DNA from: the human T2T-CHM13v2.0 reference genome, Homo sapiens
DNA: 64,000 bases
NCBI RefSeq assembly: GCF_009914755.1
Contig: NC_060928.1
Strand: one strand, 5' to 3'
The translations under genes were made by a program, and so were the position numbers. This document shows, in pieces, positions 1 to 16,287 of this stretch; positions within the stretch are counted from its first letter, which is position 1; each line of letters begins with the position of its first letter. Under the pieces are notes generated by a model. That model was given only the letters and a program-made list of their open reading frames with translations, was not told where the DNA came from and did no database searches.

Positions 1-162
1 TCAAGCATCTTTCTATATGCTTATTATTTAGGCTAAACTTTTATGGTTTTTCAGCAGTAGATGTTATTTGACTTTTTAGCAATCTTTGTACTGTTTTTTT
101 TCTTCTACTTTTGAATCTACTGTTTAGCCAACAATTTGGCAGAAATTAGATAAGATAAAGGC

Positions 163-752
<590 letters not shown>

Positions 753-2584
753 GAAGACACGGGGATTGGGTCTAGGTAATTTAGTGTATGTAGACTCATT
801 TAAGTATTTGCCAGAGTATGAGTACTTTGTTTCTTTGTTTTTCATGGTCTGAAACCCTGTTAAGCTTTTTTTTTTTTTTTTTTTTTTTTTTTGGTAAAAA
901 TTATGGTGAGGTTAACAAGTAGACCATTGGATGCTTTCATTCCACCAAACATCATGTACATTTACATTCTCTTGCTCAGGGACAGGGAGTTTCCCTACTC
1001 TTCTTTTGTTTTCCTGTGACTAACCTATTAGGAAATGGGGAATATGCAGATGTTCTTTGTTGGGTCTTACTTTTAATCTCATAAACTGTAGGTGAAGTTT
1101 TCATTTAAATTATGTCACCTAAGAAATAATTCTGTTACTCGTCATAGTTCCAAGTATTTGAGTAGAGAAGGGAAGTGAAAAGTAATTCTGTGAAGTAGTC
1201 ACAGGGTTTTACTTTGTGAAGTATGGGCCTATTTAGAGCAAGGCCAAGTTGTTTAACTGTTACTTAAGAAAGAACATACCAAATTGGGTTCTCGTGTTTT
1301 TAGATTACTTCTTGGTTACAAATGTGGCATTTAGAAAGCTGTTTGCTTAACACATACTTTGAGATTTATTTGTGCCACAGGCTAACATTTCTGAAATCTG
1401 GTGGGAAGTACTGAATACTAAATTTTTATTTTTAGCCTTTTTTTTGGTGTGCTTTTTGATTTCTTTTGTCATATTGAACATGATTCAGTAAAATAAATTA
1501 GAATAGGAAAAGACAGATTATTGTTTGAGTGACTAAGAAGTAAGATTTTAAAAAGCTATATACATGGTTATGTTTGTCTAAGATTCATGCTTTCATTCAT
1601 CAAGGAATATTTATTGAGAATCTTCTCTGCTAGGCATTGTCCTAGGCTTTGGGGACTAGAGTGATGAATAAAACAGATAAGTTCCTGTTCTCATGATTAT
1701 AGTTAGGAAGAAGAAGAAAGGTTAGACAGTAAGTAAACACACAAAAGATAATTTCTGATATTGATGATGGCTCTGAAAAAAATTAAATAGAATGTTGCAC
1801 AAAGAACTTAAGTTGGAATGCTTTAGGCTGCCTGTAACAGCAAATGCCACTCAAACTGGTTTAAATACTAAGAAAGCAGGCTGGGCACCAGACATGATTG
1901 GATCTACAGCTTGAAAATTTCATCAAGAATCTTCTTCTGTCTCTCTACCCTTCTATCCTCAATAAAAATATCCTAAGGTTTGTTCCTCTCCTAAATGAAA
2001 GATGCCTGCAAGAGTGGACCCAACATCTCAAGGAAGGAGGACTCTGTCTTTTAGGAGCTAAGAAACCTTTCTCAGAAGTTACCCAAACCAGAACAAAACT
2101 GGCAGGGCAATGCAGTTACCATGTTGGTCTTAGATTTGCTGTAGAACTGGAGAGTTACATACTCTGACCATCACAGAGAGTGGCTGGTGGGCCACCCAGA
2201 TCAGCTTGCCAAACTGAAAATGCCTGTGTGTCAGTAACTGCTTTGTAACCTAAGAACAAAAAGGTGGTAGTAATTAGAGTAGATGACAAGTGGAACTTGC
2301 AAAGTAATGGAATAAGATTTGTTTATTAAACATAGCTATAAATTTGTTATTTATTTCTTAGAGTTTCAGCATAGTCAGAGTTTCTGTGTTACACTTTTAT
2401 TTTTTTTCAGATGTTTTGTGTGCTAAATAACTGAAATTAGAATCATAGAATTTTTAAAATGAAATGAATTTTAGCGTTTATCTTTTTAAACCTATTCACT
2501 TTTCATTTATACATTGGATAAATTCATTTTGCAATGGATAAGTGAAGTTACCAGTTTATGTTGGGCTTCAGGAGTCCTGATTAA

Positions 2585-2767
<183 letters not shown>

Positions 2768-2838
2768 TAGCCATATATGTGTTCTTACACTTTCATGATT
2801 TGGAGGACTTCCTTTTTTTCTCAATAAAAGTAGATAGG

Positions 2839-2995
2839 AGACTGGGTACGGTGGCTTATGCCTATAATCCCAGTACTTTGGGAGGCCAAGGCGGAAGAAT
2901 CATTTGAGGCCATGAGTTCAAGGCTGCAGTGAGCTGTGATTACGCAATTGCACTTCATCCTGGGCAACAGAATGAGACTCTGTCTCAAAAAAAAA
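2839..2995 (+). mobile_element. Alu monomer (FAM/FRAM-like)
   Basis: A single ~150-bp monomer ending gagactctgtctcaaaa. Confidence 0.75.
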
Positions 2996-3159
2996 GGTAG
3001 AGATGATGTGGTATTTGCTAGTGAAAGTGCTTGGCTCACTCTGTAATGTACAGTGATGTTCAATAAATGTTGACTGAAATCCTACATAGCTAGAATATCC
3101 GTGTTTAAGACTAATTTTAAAGTGCCATTAGTTACGTTAAGTAAAAATGCTATATTTTA

Positions 3160-3534
<375 letters not shown>

Positions 3535-4220
3535 TAGTCATTTACTTATCTAACCAGTATTTATTGGGTATCTACTAGATGTCAGACATGTTATACAGAG
3601 ATAAGAAAGGCTTCATCCCTGTTCTCAGTGAGCTTAAGAATTCAGAGGAGGAGAACTAGGTAAAGAGTTGATTATGACAGAGTGGATTTGCATGAGGTAC
3701 CCAACTGTACCTAATCCAGCCATGGGCCACTAACAGATAAGGCTACCTAGAGAGGTTCCAGTGGAGATTAGCCTGGGAAATGAGTGGGTGGGGAGACAGA
3801 GAGGACAATGTTCAACAAGAGCATCAGGGGTAAGACATTGCTTGGTGTCTGTAGAAAACAACAAACAGCTTCTCAATAATGTATTTCAAGTTTAGAAATA
3901 GCGGGAGGAGAGAGAGAAGGCTAGGTAATGAATCAGGGGCTGGACATGTGTGCTTGGACTGGGAGAAACCAAAGGATTTTTGAACTCCGTGCCCAAATTT
4001 GTGGAGTCAGTACTGGAGGCAGGAAAATAATTAGGAGGTGGCTACATTGGTGTTAGCAAGAGATTATAGGATCCCCAATGGTGAGAAGGTGAGAAGATTT
4101 ATTTGAGATCTATCCAAGGTTAGTTCTGCAAGTTTTAGTGAACTGTGGGACTGGTGGGTAAGGAAGAGGAGAGAATCAAGGATGACTCTCACTGAGGTTT
4201 TTAGTATAGGTGTTTGTATG
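3535..4220 (-). mobile_element. L2 fragment
   Basis: gtatttattgggtatctactagatgtcagac and purine-rich L2-like body; boundaries approximate. Confidence 0.5.
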
Positions 4221-4364
4221 GATAGCATAATGTAGCTTCAGAGTTCTGATATAACCTCAGAGTTATGTGATCAAAACATAAACAATAAACTATAATCTCT
4301 ATAGAGACTATGGGAGGTTACAAATGGTAAGGATAAACTATGTACAGTATCATTGGGTAGCCTA

Positions 4365-4504
4365 GTTTTTTTTCTGTTTGTTTTAAATAGGACAGAGTCT
4401 TGCTGTGTTGCCCAGGCTAGTCTTGAACTCCTGGGCTCAAGTGATTCTCCTGCTTCAGTCTCCCTAGTAGCTGGGATTACAGGAGTGAGCCACAGCACCT
4501 GACT
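4365..4504 (-). mobile_element. FLAM/Alu left monomer
   Basis: gagtcttgctgtgttgcccaggctagtcttgaactcctgggctcaagtg... Confidence 0.75.
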
Positions 4505-6765
4505 CTCATTCATAGTTTTTAAAATGCATTAGCAATCAGAAATCTCACAAAGCCATACTGTTTAAAGATTTCCTCTGAAAACACAGCATAGGGCAAAAAC
4601 TAAGGTAATAATGTAACAACTGGAATTAGATATAAATAACTTTTACAATACTCTTTAGTATGGGCTTTGATTCATAGTAATTAGAATTTTTAAACCATTA
4701 ATACAGTCATGGGCACATTTTTTATTTTTCTTACTGTTTTTGTAAATTAATATAAAAATATTCAAAACAGTATATAATTGAAATTGAATTTATTGGAAGC
4801 AGATACAGTTCTCTGGGGAGAAAAATAATCTTAAAAATGACAAATATTTGAACTAGCAAAATGCATCTTATAGCAATACCTTAAAAACTATAATATTAAA
4901 AACTGTTTGGCAGAGAACTAATTATTTTTCAGTCATACATGTAAATTAAAGTCCCACTTGGTTTTGCCTAAGGTAAGTCACGCTTAACTGAGTACTGGCT
5001 GTTTGGCTTTGTGCTCATGTGGCCCCAGGCCCTGAAGGGCTTTGCATATTATTGGGGCTCTGTAGGTGAATCAGTTATGGCCTTTGTCTCAAGTCCAAGT
5101 GGGAATCACCAGAATGTCTTAACTTTTGGCACAAAAGAGGCTTCAGTTTATACAGACTATCAGTTTATACCCCAACTATTCACAGGATCCAGCAAGAATA
5201 GGATAGAGAAAGGTGCCTTATATGTGGCTGAAGACTTATTTTTCTGTATTCCTTGACCTTCCTTTTTCCTCCTTTCTGTAAGCAGGGGAAAAACATTTGC
5301 CGTAGCACCAGACATACAACTCAGTCCCCTTTCATCCTGCTATGTAGGTATAGGTACATCTTTCTCATTAACTCTCCTACTTCCCTTGTCATACAAAGAG
5401 ATGTTTTTCTTCCTGGGAAGTAGCAGGGTAGTTTTTTGGGATATTTTAGCTCTGAGATGAACAGCTTCTTTCTGAGATCTTGTCAAAGATAATCTCCAGG
5501 GAAGCACGCAGTTTTGTACACCACTATTGTTATTTCTCTTCTCCCAGGGTTTTGTTTACAAAGGAATTTTGTGTAATTATGATTTCCCATAGACTTTTCT
5601 GATAGTTTATGGTCGCTGACAGTGCATTGTATCAGAAAAAGAAGTGAGCTTTCAAGAAATCTTGAGGCTATGTTATGGTTTAATAAGAGATGCTGGGTTA
5701 AAGTGAAGGTGATGAATAGTGGCACGTTCTCATGCTTCTTTTACCTTTGAAACTTAGTGAATTCTAGAGCCAAATCTTTTTTGCCCATGGCCCTCAGCAT
5801 TATTCTTGGACTGTCCTTTTAGTTTTTAATTGAATCCCTCCCCACCCGCATTCAATTGCTTGTGTCTCCATGTATCATAGTTCACTTATGTTGTCACACC
5901 TCGGTGCTTAAACTTGCCTCCTACTCTCCCCAAGTCTCCTTGGCTTAGGGACCATCCCTTCTCTTTCCTCCTTCCCTATTTCTTTTCCACAAGTGGGTAT
6001 TAGGAAGAAAGTCTTTTACTGTTTTCTTTGCAGGCAGTTTTGTAGAAGGATACCTGGTTTTAGTAATAAAGCTGGTATGGAAATGACTTCAGCGTGAAGT
6101 TGCTGCAGTTGACAAACAGGAACTGAATCTGAGCTAGAAGATCTCTGTAACAAGCTTTGTTGTTGACTAACTCTTTGTTATTATTGTGATCCCTGTTATG
6201 CCTTGCATTCTCTAAGCATCATAAGTAATTTGTTTTCTCGTTGTCTCTGGCATGAGGGTTGTGACCTCTCACTGAGGGTGGAGCCTCTGTGTCTGGTGCA
6301 GGCTATGCATGCCCCGGCAGGCATTTGTGTGTTTGTTGAAGGAGTAATGCTAACCAGGTGGGTCCTTTTCAGCAGCTGTTCATTGCTATTAGCCAAAGGC
6401 AGTAACATCGTTACTCTTCTAGTCATGACTGGAAATCCATAAAGACAACAAGTGCCCAAAAGCAGGGACAGCCTCAGCTACTGATCCTATAGCCACAAGA
6501 ATAGTTCATGCAGCTGGACATATGGCACGTTCATTGTTGTGATATGATTTTCAGGTGCAAGTGGGTAACAAAAGTACATTTTATGATTTGCTCAGGTGAG
6601 CTTTTGGAAGAGGAAGGGGGGAGTATTTTCGGCCTGCAAAAAGTGGCTGATTATGCTGCCTGTTGAATACAGTGAGTGGCAAGAAGATGTATCAATCTAC
6701 ATTGGCATTGGAACTTCCACAGCAGTGTCTTGCTGTAACATCACTCTTATTCCTTTGTGTTTTAG

Positions 6766-6887
6766 GTGAGATGAGTGAGAGCCGAGCAAAGAGAGTTAGA
6801 ATAAAAGAGGTAGATGGCTGGACCCTGAGGATGCTAATTGATTATGTTTACACTGCAGAAATTCAGGTTACAGAAGAAAATGTACAG
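6766..6887 (+). CDS. KLHL2: KLHL2 internal coding exon (BTB domain, C-terminal part): (G)EMSESRAKRVRIKEVDGWTLRMLIDYVYTAEIQVTEENVQ
   Basis: Polypyrimidine tract + tttag acceptor ending 6765; donor CAG|gtaaga at 6888; 122 nt, phase 1 in, phase 0 out. The peptide is a typical KLHL BTB segment matching recalled KLHL2 and joins the exon at 31185 in frame. Confidence 0.95.
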
Positions 6888-7252
6888 GTAAGAGTAAACA
6901 CTTCACACCATCTAGCTTTTTATGCATACAGTTTTTTTAATAAAAAAAGCACACCCACACAGTATACAATTTGCACCAAAATAATAGGATTCATTGTGAA
7001 AATTGTATTTCTAAAAAATATTTGGAATGATTACACCTTTTTAGTAATGTTTCTGAGTTCAGTATCTTTTATATTCCTTAAGATCTGAGATACAAATCCT
7101 TTAGTTCTCTGAATGATGCTTGTTCTTTCATGAAAACACTGTCATATTCATTTATAACTGTTGATTGATGCTGCCCACAATTTTTCTTTATTCCTTGGAA
7201 GGATATAGTCTACAAAGTATGTTTTTGACTGCCAATATTTTTTATTTCTGTC

Positions 7253-7554
7253 TTTTTTTTTTTTTTTTTGATACCCGATCTTGGTCTGTCTCTCAGGGTG
7301 GTGTGTGGTGGTGTGATCATGGATCATGCAGCCTCGACCTCCTAGGCTCAAGGAGTCCTCCCGCTGCAGCCTCCCAGCTACTTGGCTGGGACTACAGGCG
7401 TGTGCCACTATGCCCAGCTAATTTTCTTATTTTTTTGTAGAGAGGTCTCACTGTGTTCCCCAGGCTGATCTCAAACTCTTGGGCTCAAGTGATCCGCCCT
7501 CTTCAGCCTCCCAAAGTGCTGGGATTATAGGTGTGAACCACCATATGCCCAGCC
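7253..7554 (-). mobile_element. AluJ
   Basis: Diverged dimeric Alu with T-tract. Confidence 0.85.
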
Positions 7555-10472
7555 TATTCTTTGTTTTACTATTTGAGCATCCTCTTTAAGTGATTCTGGA
7601 GTTTAGGTAAAAGTTGATATTGCATCTTATTTTCTATAAAGAACAAATGTTTTATGTGTGTTACATAAATGTTTAAATAATACAGATGGGTGTGGAGTAA
7701 AAGGTGAAAATCCCTCTTTAGAAAACGGACCTTCTCTTCGAACCTACCCCAGTCCACATACATTGATTCACTTCTTCTTCTCTAGAGGGCAGCTTCTGTT
7801 ATATACTGTGAATCCCTTCAGACTGTTTTCCATGCATTTATTCACACAAACGTACACACAATTTTTTTACATAAGAAATACTATACTTGTTCTGAAACTT
7901 GCTTTTTGAACTGAACAGTGTCTTAGGGGTCTTCACACATTAGTGTATATGGGTCTAACTCATGTTAATCAGCTATATATATATATGTATGATTTTTCAC
8001 CTTTATAAAAACAGTGCAATGAGTGAACATTTTTATATTTGCATCCCCAAATTTTATAAGCTGGATTCCTCAAAATGGAATTGGTGGATCAAAGAGTACA
8101 TGCATATATTAATTTTTTGATAGCAATGCCAAATTGCCATCTGAAAATGTGTGTTTATTTATATTCCTTCTAACAGGGACACTGTGTTTTGAGGACAACA
8201 AAAATAACTAGGACTAAATTCTTAAGAAATAATCTTTAAATTCTACTTGCACAAATAGGAAGTTGTTGGCTCAATCCTTATCCCTGCTAACTAGTTGAAA
8301 TATGCTACAGAATGAATTCGGAGACTGAAATCTTTGCACTTGTTAAGACATGCTATCGATTGTTCCATGTGAAATACTGGCAGTAGTAAGGCCTCCTGGT
8401 GATCTTTCCCAGATGGCCTCATTAGCTTTTGCTTAGAAGTTCCAGTTGTGAGGTAAGGCATTTGAAAAACCTTGGTCAATATTGGGGTTGTTTCTAAATG
8501 TATGCATCAGATGCTAGATGAACTTTTTTTTTTTTTTTTTAACATGGAAGAAAGTGTTTGGTATATGTCATGAGATCACTGAACTAATATGTCATCTCGT
8601 TCTGGTCTTTTAGGTACATTTAGACTATTTGCTAGATTCTGGGGCATTGTTTTCAACAAGAGTTTATCTTGGTTTCTTTTTGTTCATTCTTTTTATTCAT
8701 TTTAGTGCATGGGCCTCATTATGTCCTTATATTTGACCTTCAACAAATGAATTACTGATTTCTTTGATTCACATAATGGGCCACATGGGAGAAAATTGAG
8801 AAAACTCATTTAGGCCTTAGAGACTAAACTGTGTGAATTCAGCCCTGAATGTTGTTTGTAGTAGTTCTTGTGGTGGGGACATGGGCCTATTAGGAATTAG
8901 GAGAACACCTCTCATGTTTCTTTTAATAACTATCATGTTCCAGTCCTGAAATATTAGTCATCACAGCCTTTCAGAAAACTCTTGCCATCCTAATTTGCCT
9001 CTTGTGTATATATTGCTTAGCTTTTAGAATATGCAGGAATACATTCTAAGAGTTACATTTGGCAGGCTTATTAAATGCTTAACATTTGTATAGTTTTGTT
9101 TTGTTTTAAGTTTTTAAGAGGGAGAGGGATATCTCTTCAGCATAGGGCTATCATGATTTGTAAAGCTTTCTTTTATTTTCAATTGAAAAATACTTGTTTT
9201 GGAAAAGGCAGTTGAGAAATAAATTAGATTAAAAGTAGCTACTTTTTCCATAACATGTGTTTTTCAATGAAAAAAATAAGACTATACCATGTAAAGATAC
9301 ACCAGACTCCTATTTCCTGCTTTGTATATTTTTTGTCAATCTATATTTTGTTAAATCTTTCTTGTAAAGTGCTGTCCACCTTAAAGAAGAAGGTGTCTGT
9401 TGTTATTAATGTTAAGCTGAAGTTTTAAGTGGCCCTAACTGGAAGCCATGCTCTGAATTTATATGCCCTGAAGGTGCTGACAGTGGGAACAGAAGTTTCT
9501 GTAATTCAAATGTTTCTTGGTGGTGGTATATTTTTCTCACTGGACCTAGACTCAAATCTTTTACCAGGTGACCTCCCTTTTGAAAGTTTCTGTTTTAGTA
9601 GTAAAGTATAATATTGGGCTAGAAAGTATCTTTGGGATTGCATGTTTTGATGCAGAATCATTGTGCCGTAGAATGCTGAGGTCCAGCCATCTGTTGGCAG
9701 TCAGTTGGCGACAGAACAGGGCCATACCCCTGGTTTCCCAGATTACTAGTGTAGGGTCTCTTCCATGATACCATATGGTCTCCTTATTACACTAATTTTA
9801 AACAATATAATACCTATTTGAAGTGAAGGTTGTTAACTTGGAGTCAGAATGAGGGAATGAGTAATTTAAAAAATTAACTCCAAAGAAGGGACTATTGTTA
9901 TTATAGTCCCTTCTGATTTATACAAGCAATAGGGCTTTAATTCTTGGCCATTCCAGGTTTCCTAGCTTTTTGTGTGTTTGTTGCTGCTGTTGTTTTTTTG
10001 TTTGTTTAGGTTTTTAAACTTTGGCTTTAAGTTTGGATATTTGGTTTTATTTATGGCAGAATTGGAGGATAATTTGAGCTAAATGAATTTACAGGTTTTT
10101 TTTTAAAGGGAGATAAAAGGAGAACCAATATTTTACCTATGACTACACTTGTAATTCAACTTTTTTGTTGTTGTTGCTGTTGAGTGAATTAAAATTTAAC
10201 TTGTGTCTAGAGTTTCAAAGCAAACTTTATGAACTGCATAAATCTGGGAAATAGAGAAAATACAGTCAAAGGCTATTGAAAAGTATGCTCTTTGACATTT
10301 GGTGGTTATGGACACCTTTGAGAATATGATGAAAAACTGTCAACCCTTTTCTAAGGAAAGGGCACATTAGCTTATCTGCACAAAGTTTTGCATACATTTT
10401 CAATACACTTTCAGAGAATCCATGTACCTTGCTGCTTGCCCCACCTTCCACTGTTAAGAATACTTGGCTTTA

Positions 10473-10896
<424 letters not shown>

Positions 10897-12897
10897 TAAG
10901 CATTTTATATGTAGCTCATTTGATGTTTTTGCCTCCATATAAGATAGGTGTTACCCCAATGTGATTGAAGAAATAGGCTTAAGAAGGTTAAATAATTTGC
11001 TCAGCATCACACAGCAACTATTAAATCGTCATTAACTAGTATTGCTTACAAAGAGAGTTTATAAATTCAAAAATGTAAATGTCTTTATAACTGAAAATTT
11101 TTTTCACGATCCAAAAATTATTCAAGATACATGCTATGTCATTAGATGTGTTAATTAACACTTTTGGAGAATCCTAAAGGATCTTGAACTTCTTAAAGCA
11201 TTTACTTCATTGCTAAATTTGTAGTTTTGTTACATGAGTTTGACTTCTCCGCCTTTGGGTATTTGTTTTGGCTTCCTAAAAGTAGGTAAGAGTTTTTCAC
11301 TTGATGTAAGTGTTACAAACAAAGGTAATGCTGTTAATAAACAGTGCCCATGAAAGTAAATGCTTTCTATTCCTAAATTAATATTATGAGTACTCATCTA
11401 CAGATTCTTTCCATATTAGAACTGTTATCATCTAGAAGAATTTGAGAAACATCTGACAGTTTTGAATGGATGGGTTTTAAAAAGTTCATGAAATATATGT
11501 TGGATGAATTGGAATTATTTGAGACGGACACTTTCTATCTCTTTAGAAATGAAACAAAATTTAAATGAGAGTTTTTCAAGGGACATCTAAAATCAATTAT
11601 TGGTAATAAACAGACTAAATGTTTAACACAGTCTCAGTATAGTAGAAAATTCAACATAGTGTGTCCATTTTATTGGTGGTATAGGGCAGGTTGTTGTTGT
11701 TTTACTTCAAACCACAACTGCTAGGAGTATGCTGTATAGATAGTGTTTTACTCTGCATGTTCCCGGAAGGAGGACATCACATGGAGGGGCTTACATGGTA
11801 CCAGGCCTGTTGACATAGTTGAAAAAGCTTTAAGTTGGCTTAATCAATAAAAAGCCAGCCAAAGTAGGGAAATCACCAAAACAGAATACATGTGTACCCT
11901 AAATATTTTAACCTCAAATATGTAGGTTTACAATTGTATTCCAATCTTTGTTTGTAAAACTAAGTGTGGTAAGCTGTTTCAAGAGCCACATGTCCTTTTT
12001 TGCACAAACCACACCATAATCATGCACCAACTATAATTTCCAGGCTTTTTTTTTAAGTGCAGCAAGAACTGAGACACTTGAAATCTCAATGCAAAATCTT
12101 CTATGAATTATACAGTTTCTCTTTCATTCCTCCCGTGTCTAATTGGATTGAAAACATTTATTTTTTTTCCAGTAGCACGTTGATCAAGCCACTCCAAAGC
12201 AGCCAACTTAGTTTTCATAGAAAGAGCTCTTTTTACATTCACATTTCATTGAATTCATTTACTTAAATTGTGTAATTTCAATAAGTGCAAGTGTCATAAA
12301 CAGATGTGGGAGCAAATCCAACATGTATGAGTTGGTAAAATGCATCCCAGCTGGAGGAGCAGACGTGTGCAAGCACAGTAGAATGTAGTTACTGAGGGCA
12401 TGGAGAGAATTGGTTCATCAGGTGAGTAGGTAAAGTAGATTTTGGTGAAGAGTGCTTTTGCTTTGTGTATTTCTATATTGTGTGGGTAAACATTGAAATG
12501 AAATTCCCATTAGGTGGAGATTTGTTTTAAAAATCTGTCTTAAAAATATTTAAGACACCCTATCAGTTAAACAGTCATTGATGGAATATCTGATAAGTAC
12601 TCGGTCCTGGTGCTACAAAAACAAACAAACAAACAAACAAACAAAAAAGGAACAGGGAACAAAGCGTAATGAATAGAGTATATACTTAGACTGGGTTTGG
12701 ATCTTGGCTTTGCTGTTTAAATGCCATGTGACCTTGCCTAAGTTGCTTAACCTCTGATTGGCATTGGAGCTTGAGCCAGGGATGAATAGGGCTAGGCGTA
12801 GGAGCACTGACCTGATGGAACAAGCACTCAACAAGTATTTTTTTTCTGTTTGTGTTTGTGTGTGTGTTTTTTTTGACATTTTCAAAAAATAATTTTA

Positions 12898-13217
<320 letters not shown>

Positions 13218-13879
13218 CTGAGGGTAGCATGCAGTCCAAACTGAAATGTTTAGAGGTGAGTTACAGATTCAGGTCTGAATGAGATGCTGCAGAGAACCTG
13301 GCCTCAGGACTTTCGTGGTGTTGGTAGTGGTGGTAGCATATACTCTTAGGCTGATGGCAGTGCCTTTATCCAGGAAGAGCTGCCCTGGGTGAACACTCAA
13401 GCCTATAGCTCTTATGTTTCTGGCTAGTCTAGAAAGAGACTTGGTAAGGGCTGGGCAATTGTAATGACCACAACCAAGTAATATTGAGATTGTGGAGGGT
13501 CTGCATTCCCGTAGGAAGCTGGGCAACAAACCCAGGATCTGGGGCTTGTTATGTGGGGCATTAGGAGTCACGCTGTGGCTTGGCAAGCATGAGGGTACTT
13601 GGGGGGCACATCACATTTAGGGCAGCAAGATTAACGCCAGACTGTAAACACTGATATGGTGCCCAATAAGCTTTGTGGTATTGGTCAGGATTAGTTTAGG
13701 ACCGAATTGAACTGCACTTGAAGATCTAAGATTTGTAAGACCTGTAGCTGGATCAGGCCAGATCAGGTATGGATGAAGAACCACTTTACTGCTTTTTATA
13801 CATGGCTTGCCCTTTCCCTTCCCTATATCTAAGCTGTTGAGCTTACCTCTTTTTTTCACTGCCAGTATTGATCCTGATG

Positions 13880-15320
13880 AATTTCATCTTTCAATCAATA
13901 GTTTACTAAATATTTATGGGGTATCTATTCTATGCCAGACACTGTTCCAACCATTGGTGTTACAATGTCAAGCAGGATAGATAAGGTCCCTGTCTTGAAA
14001 GGCTTTACATTGTAGAGGAGGGGTAGGGACGAGACAGATAATATACCCATAGATAGAGAAACAGGTGACTTTTACGTTATTCTCTGGGGAGGAGTCATTT
14101 GAGCAGAGACTTGAATGAAGAGAAGGGAGTGATGTAAAAGTAAAGGCAGATAACATTCCAAGCAGCAGGAGCAAAGGACCTGAGATGTGAATAAGTTTGG
14201 CGTGTTTTATGGGCCAGAAAGAAAAGGACGATTATTATTTGAGCAGAGTAAATGATGAGAGAGTGGAGAAAGATGAGATTAGATTAGAAAGGTAAATAGG
14301 GCCAGACAAAGTGGGTTTGTAGACTATGATAAGGAGGTTTGATTTTGTTCCAGTTGTAGTTTGGGCAGGGAATTCATGCTTTAGACAGTTTGTTCCCCTT
14401 TCCCATCTGCTAGCTGGAGGATGGACTGTGGGGGCAGTAGAAGAAGTTGGAGGCCCTTTAGATACCTGTTGGGGTAGGCTAAGTGAGAGACTAGTGGCTT
14501 GGGCCTGGGTTGTTGGCGTGAGATGGTGAACAATAGATTTGGGAGATATTTGGAGGTAGGGTCAGTGGAATTTACTAATGGATTTGCATGACGGTATGGA
14601 GGAAGGAGAATGATCAAGAATGGCTCCTGCATTTTTGGCCTGAGCAACTGGGTGGATTATAGTGCTGTTGTCTGAGATGGTGAAGACATGGGATGGGGAC
14701 ATATTTTTGGGGTGGTGGGAATTAATGGTTCTATTTTGGTTGTGTTAACTTTTACCAGTTGGGCTTACAAGTGGAGATGCTGAATAGGTTGGTTCTGTGA
14801 TGGGAAGGGTCAGGTTAGGGAGGTAGATTTGGTGTATTGGTGGCATATTGAAGTGGATGAGGTCACTTTAAGAGGTAGTGTAGACAGAGAAAGCAAGCAA
14901 GCCAAAGACATAATCTGGGGCATTCCAGATTTTAGATGAGCAGATGAGGGAGATGGAGTACTGGTGATGTAGGAGGAAAAGCAGGTGTATGTGGTGTCAC
15001 AGAATGCTAGTTCTAGAGAAGAAGGTGCTTCAAGGAGACAGTGTTTGGCTGTGTCAGATGTTCTTGATAGGTCAAGAAAGTGAATTGAGCCATATCAGTG
15101 TAGGTGTCATTACATTCGTTTGCCTGAGACAGTCCTATTTTATGCCTGCTAATCTGGTGTCTTGTCTGATTAGTGTTTACTTTACTCAGAAATGTTCCAG
15201 TGTGGATGATAAATTATATGGTCACACTGGTCATTAGTGACCTTGGGAAAAGCTATGTAGAGGTGATGGTGAGAATGAAAACTGGTTTGGAGTGGACTAA
15301 GAATAAGTGGACTCAGAGAG
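13880..15320 (-). mobile_element. L2 LINE fragment(s)
   Basis: aaatatttat...ctatgccagacactgttc L2 3' end followed by purine-rich L2 body; boundaries approximate. Confidence 0.6.
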
Positions 15321-15949
15321 TACCGAAAGTTCTTTTAATGCCCTTTGCTATGAAAGGGGAGAGAATGTGCTGGCTGAAGGGGATGATGAGTTTAAGGGTG
15401 TTTTTGTTTGTTTGTTTTGTTTTGTTTTTTGATGGGTAATATTTTAAAGCATTTTTTATGTTAATTAGAATAACCTAGTAGAAAAGCGAAAGTTGATGTG
15501 ATAAAGGGGAGAAAGAAACAAAGGGTATAATTGCAAAAGTGAGAGGGGTTGGCATCTAAAACAAAATGAAGGGGTTTACCTTAGATGGGAGCAGGAAAAC
15601 TTCTCTGTTAACCAGAGAGAAGGCAGACTGTGTTGTTGTCAGATACAAGTTAGTGGCTTGGATGGTGGAAAGGTAGGTATTTTATCAGCTTGCATATAAT
15701 TATAAAGGCTGTGGCAAGTAATTAGCCAAAAGGAAGATGAGGAAGAGGGATGCTGGAGATTTGAACTAAACATGATAAATCATTGTCTTGCAAAGGATGA
15801 AGATGAATTTACTAGTGAAGTGTAGTCGAATTGTCAGGCCATATTGGGAGCTCATTTGAGATTCGCAGTCATAAATATCAGGTAGAATGGTTGTGTGATT
15901 TTCTTCAGCCATGTTAAACCACTTAATACTTAGTATAGAGATGATGAAT

Positions 15950-16105
15950 GTGTTAGTTAGCTATTGCCACAAAAATGCCACAGAACAAAGTATGCCAAAG
16001 CTCAGTGGCTTAATAAAAAAATCATTTATTCTTACGGATTTGCAGATTGGCTGAGGATCAACTAATCTAGGCTGAGGTTGGCTGGGTGATTGGCTCTACA
16101 CCATG
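15950..16105. mobile_element. MLT1 (MaLR) LTR fragment
   Basis: gttagctattgcc...ccaaagctcagtggcttaa...atcatttatt motif. Confidence 0.5.
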
Positions 16106-16287
16106 TTTTAAAAATTATTCTGGAATAAGAAAGTCTAGAGCAAGACTACATGAGTGGGTAGTTGAGAAAGAGTGGAGGAGGAAGTGGTAGTTGGAACTCA
16201 GGAAACCGAGATGTTCTATTTGGATGTTTATGTCATCAAAAATTGTCAGCAGTTGTGGTGGAGAGAATGGTGATTTAGGTTTTAAAA

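Noticed and set aside
6663-7088. ORF-track extensions around the KLHL2 exons (also 31167-31496 and 62313-62519)
   Set aside because: Only the parts between splice sites resemble KLHL protein; the flanks are intronic read-through.
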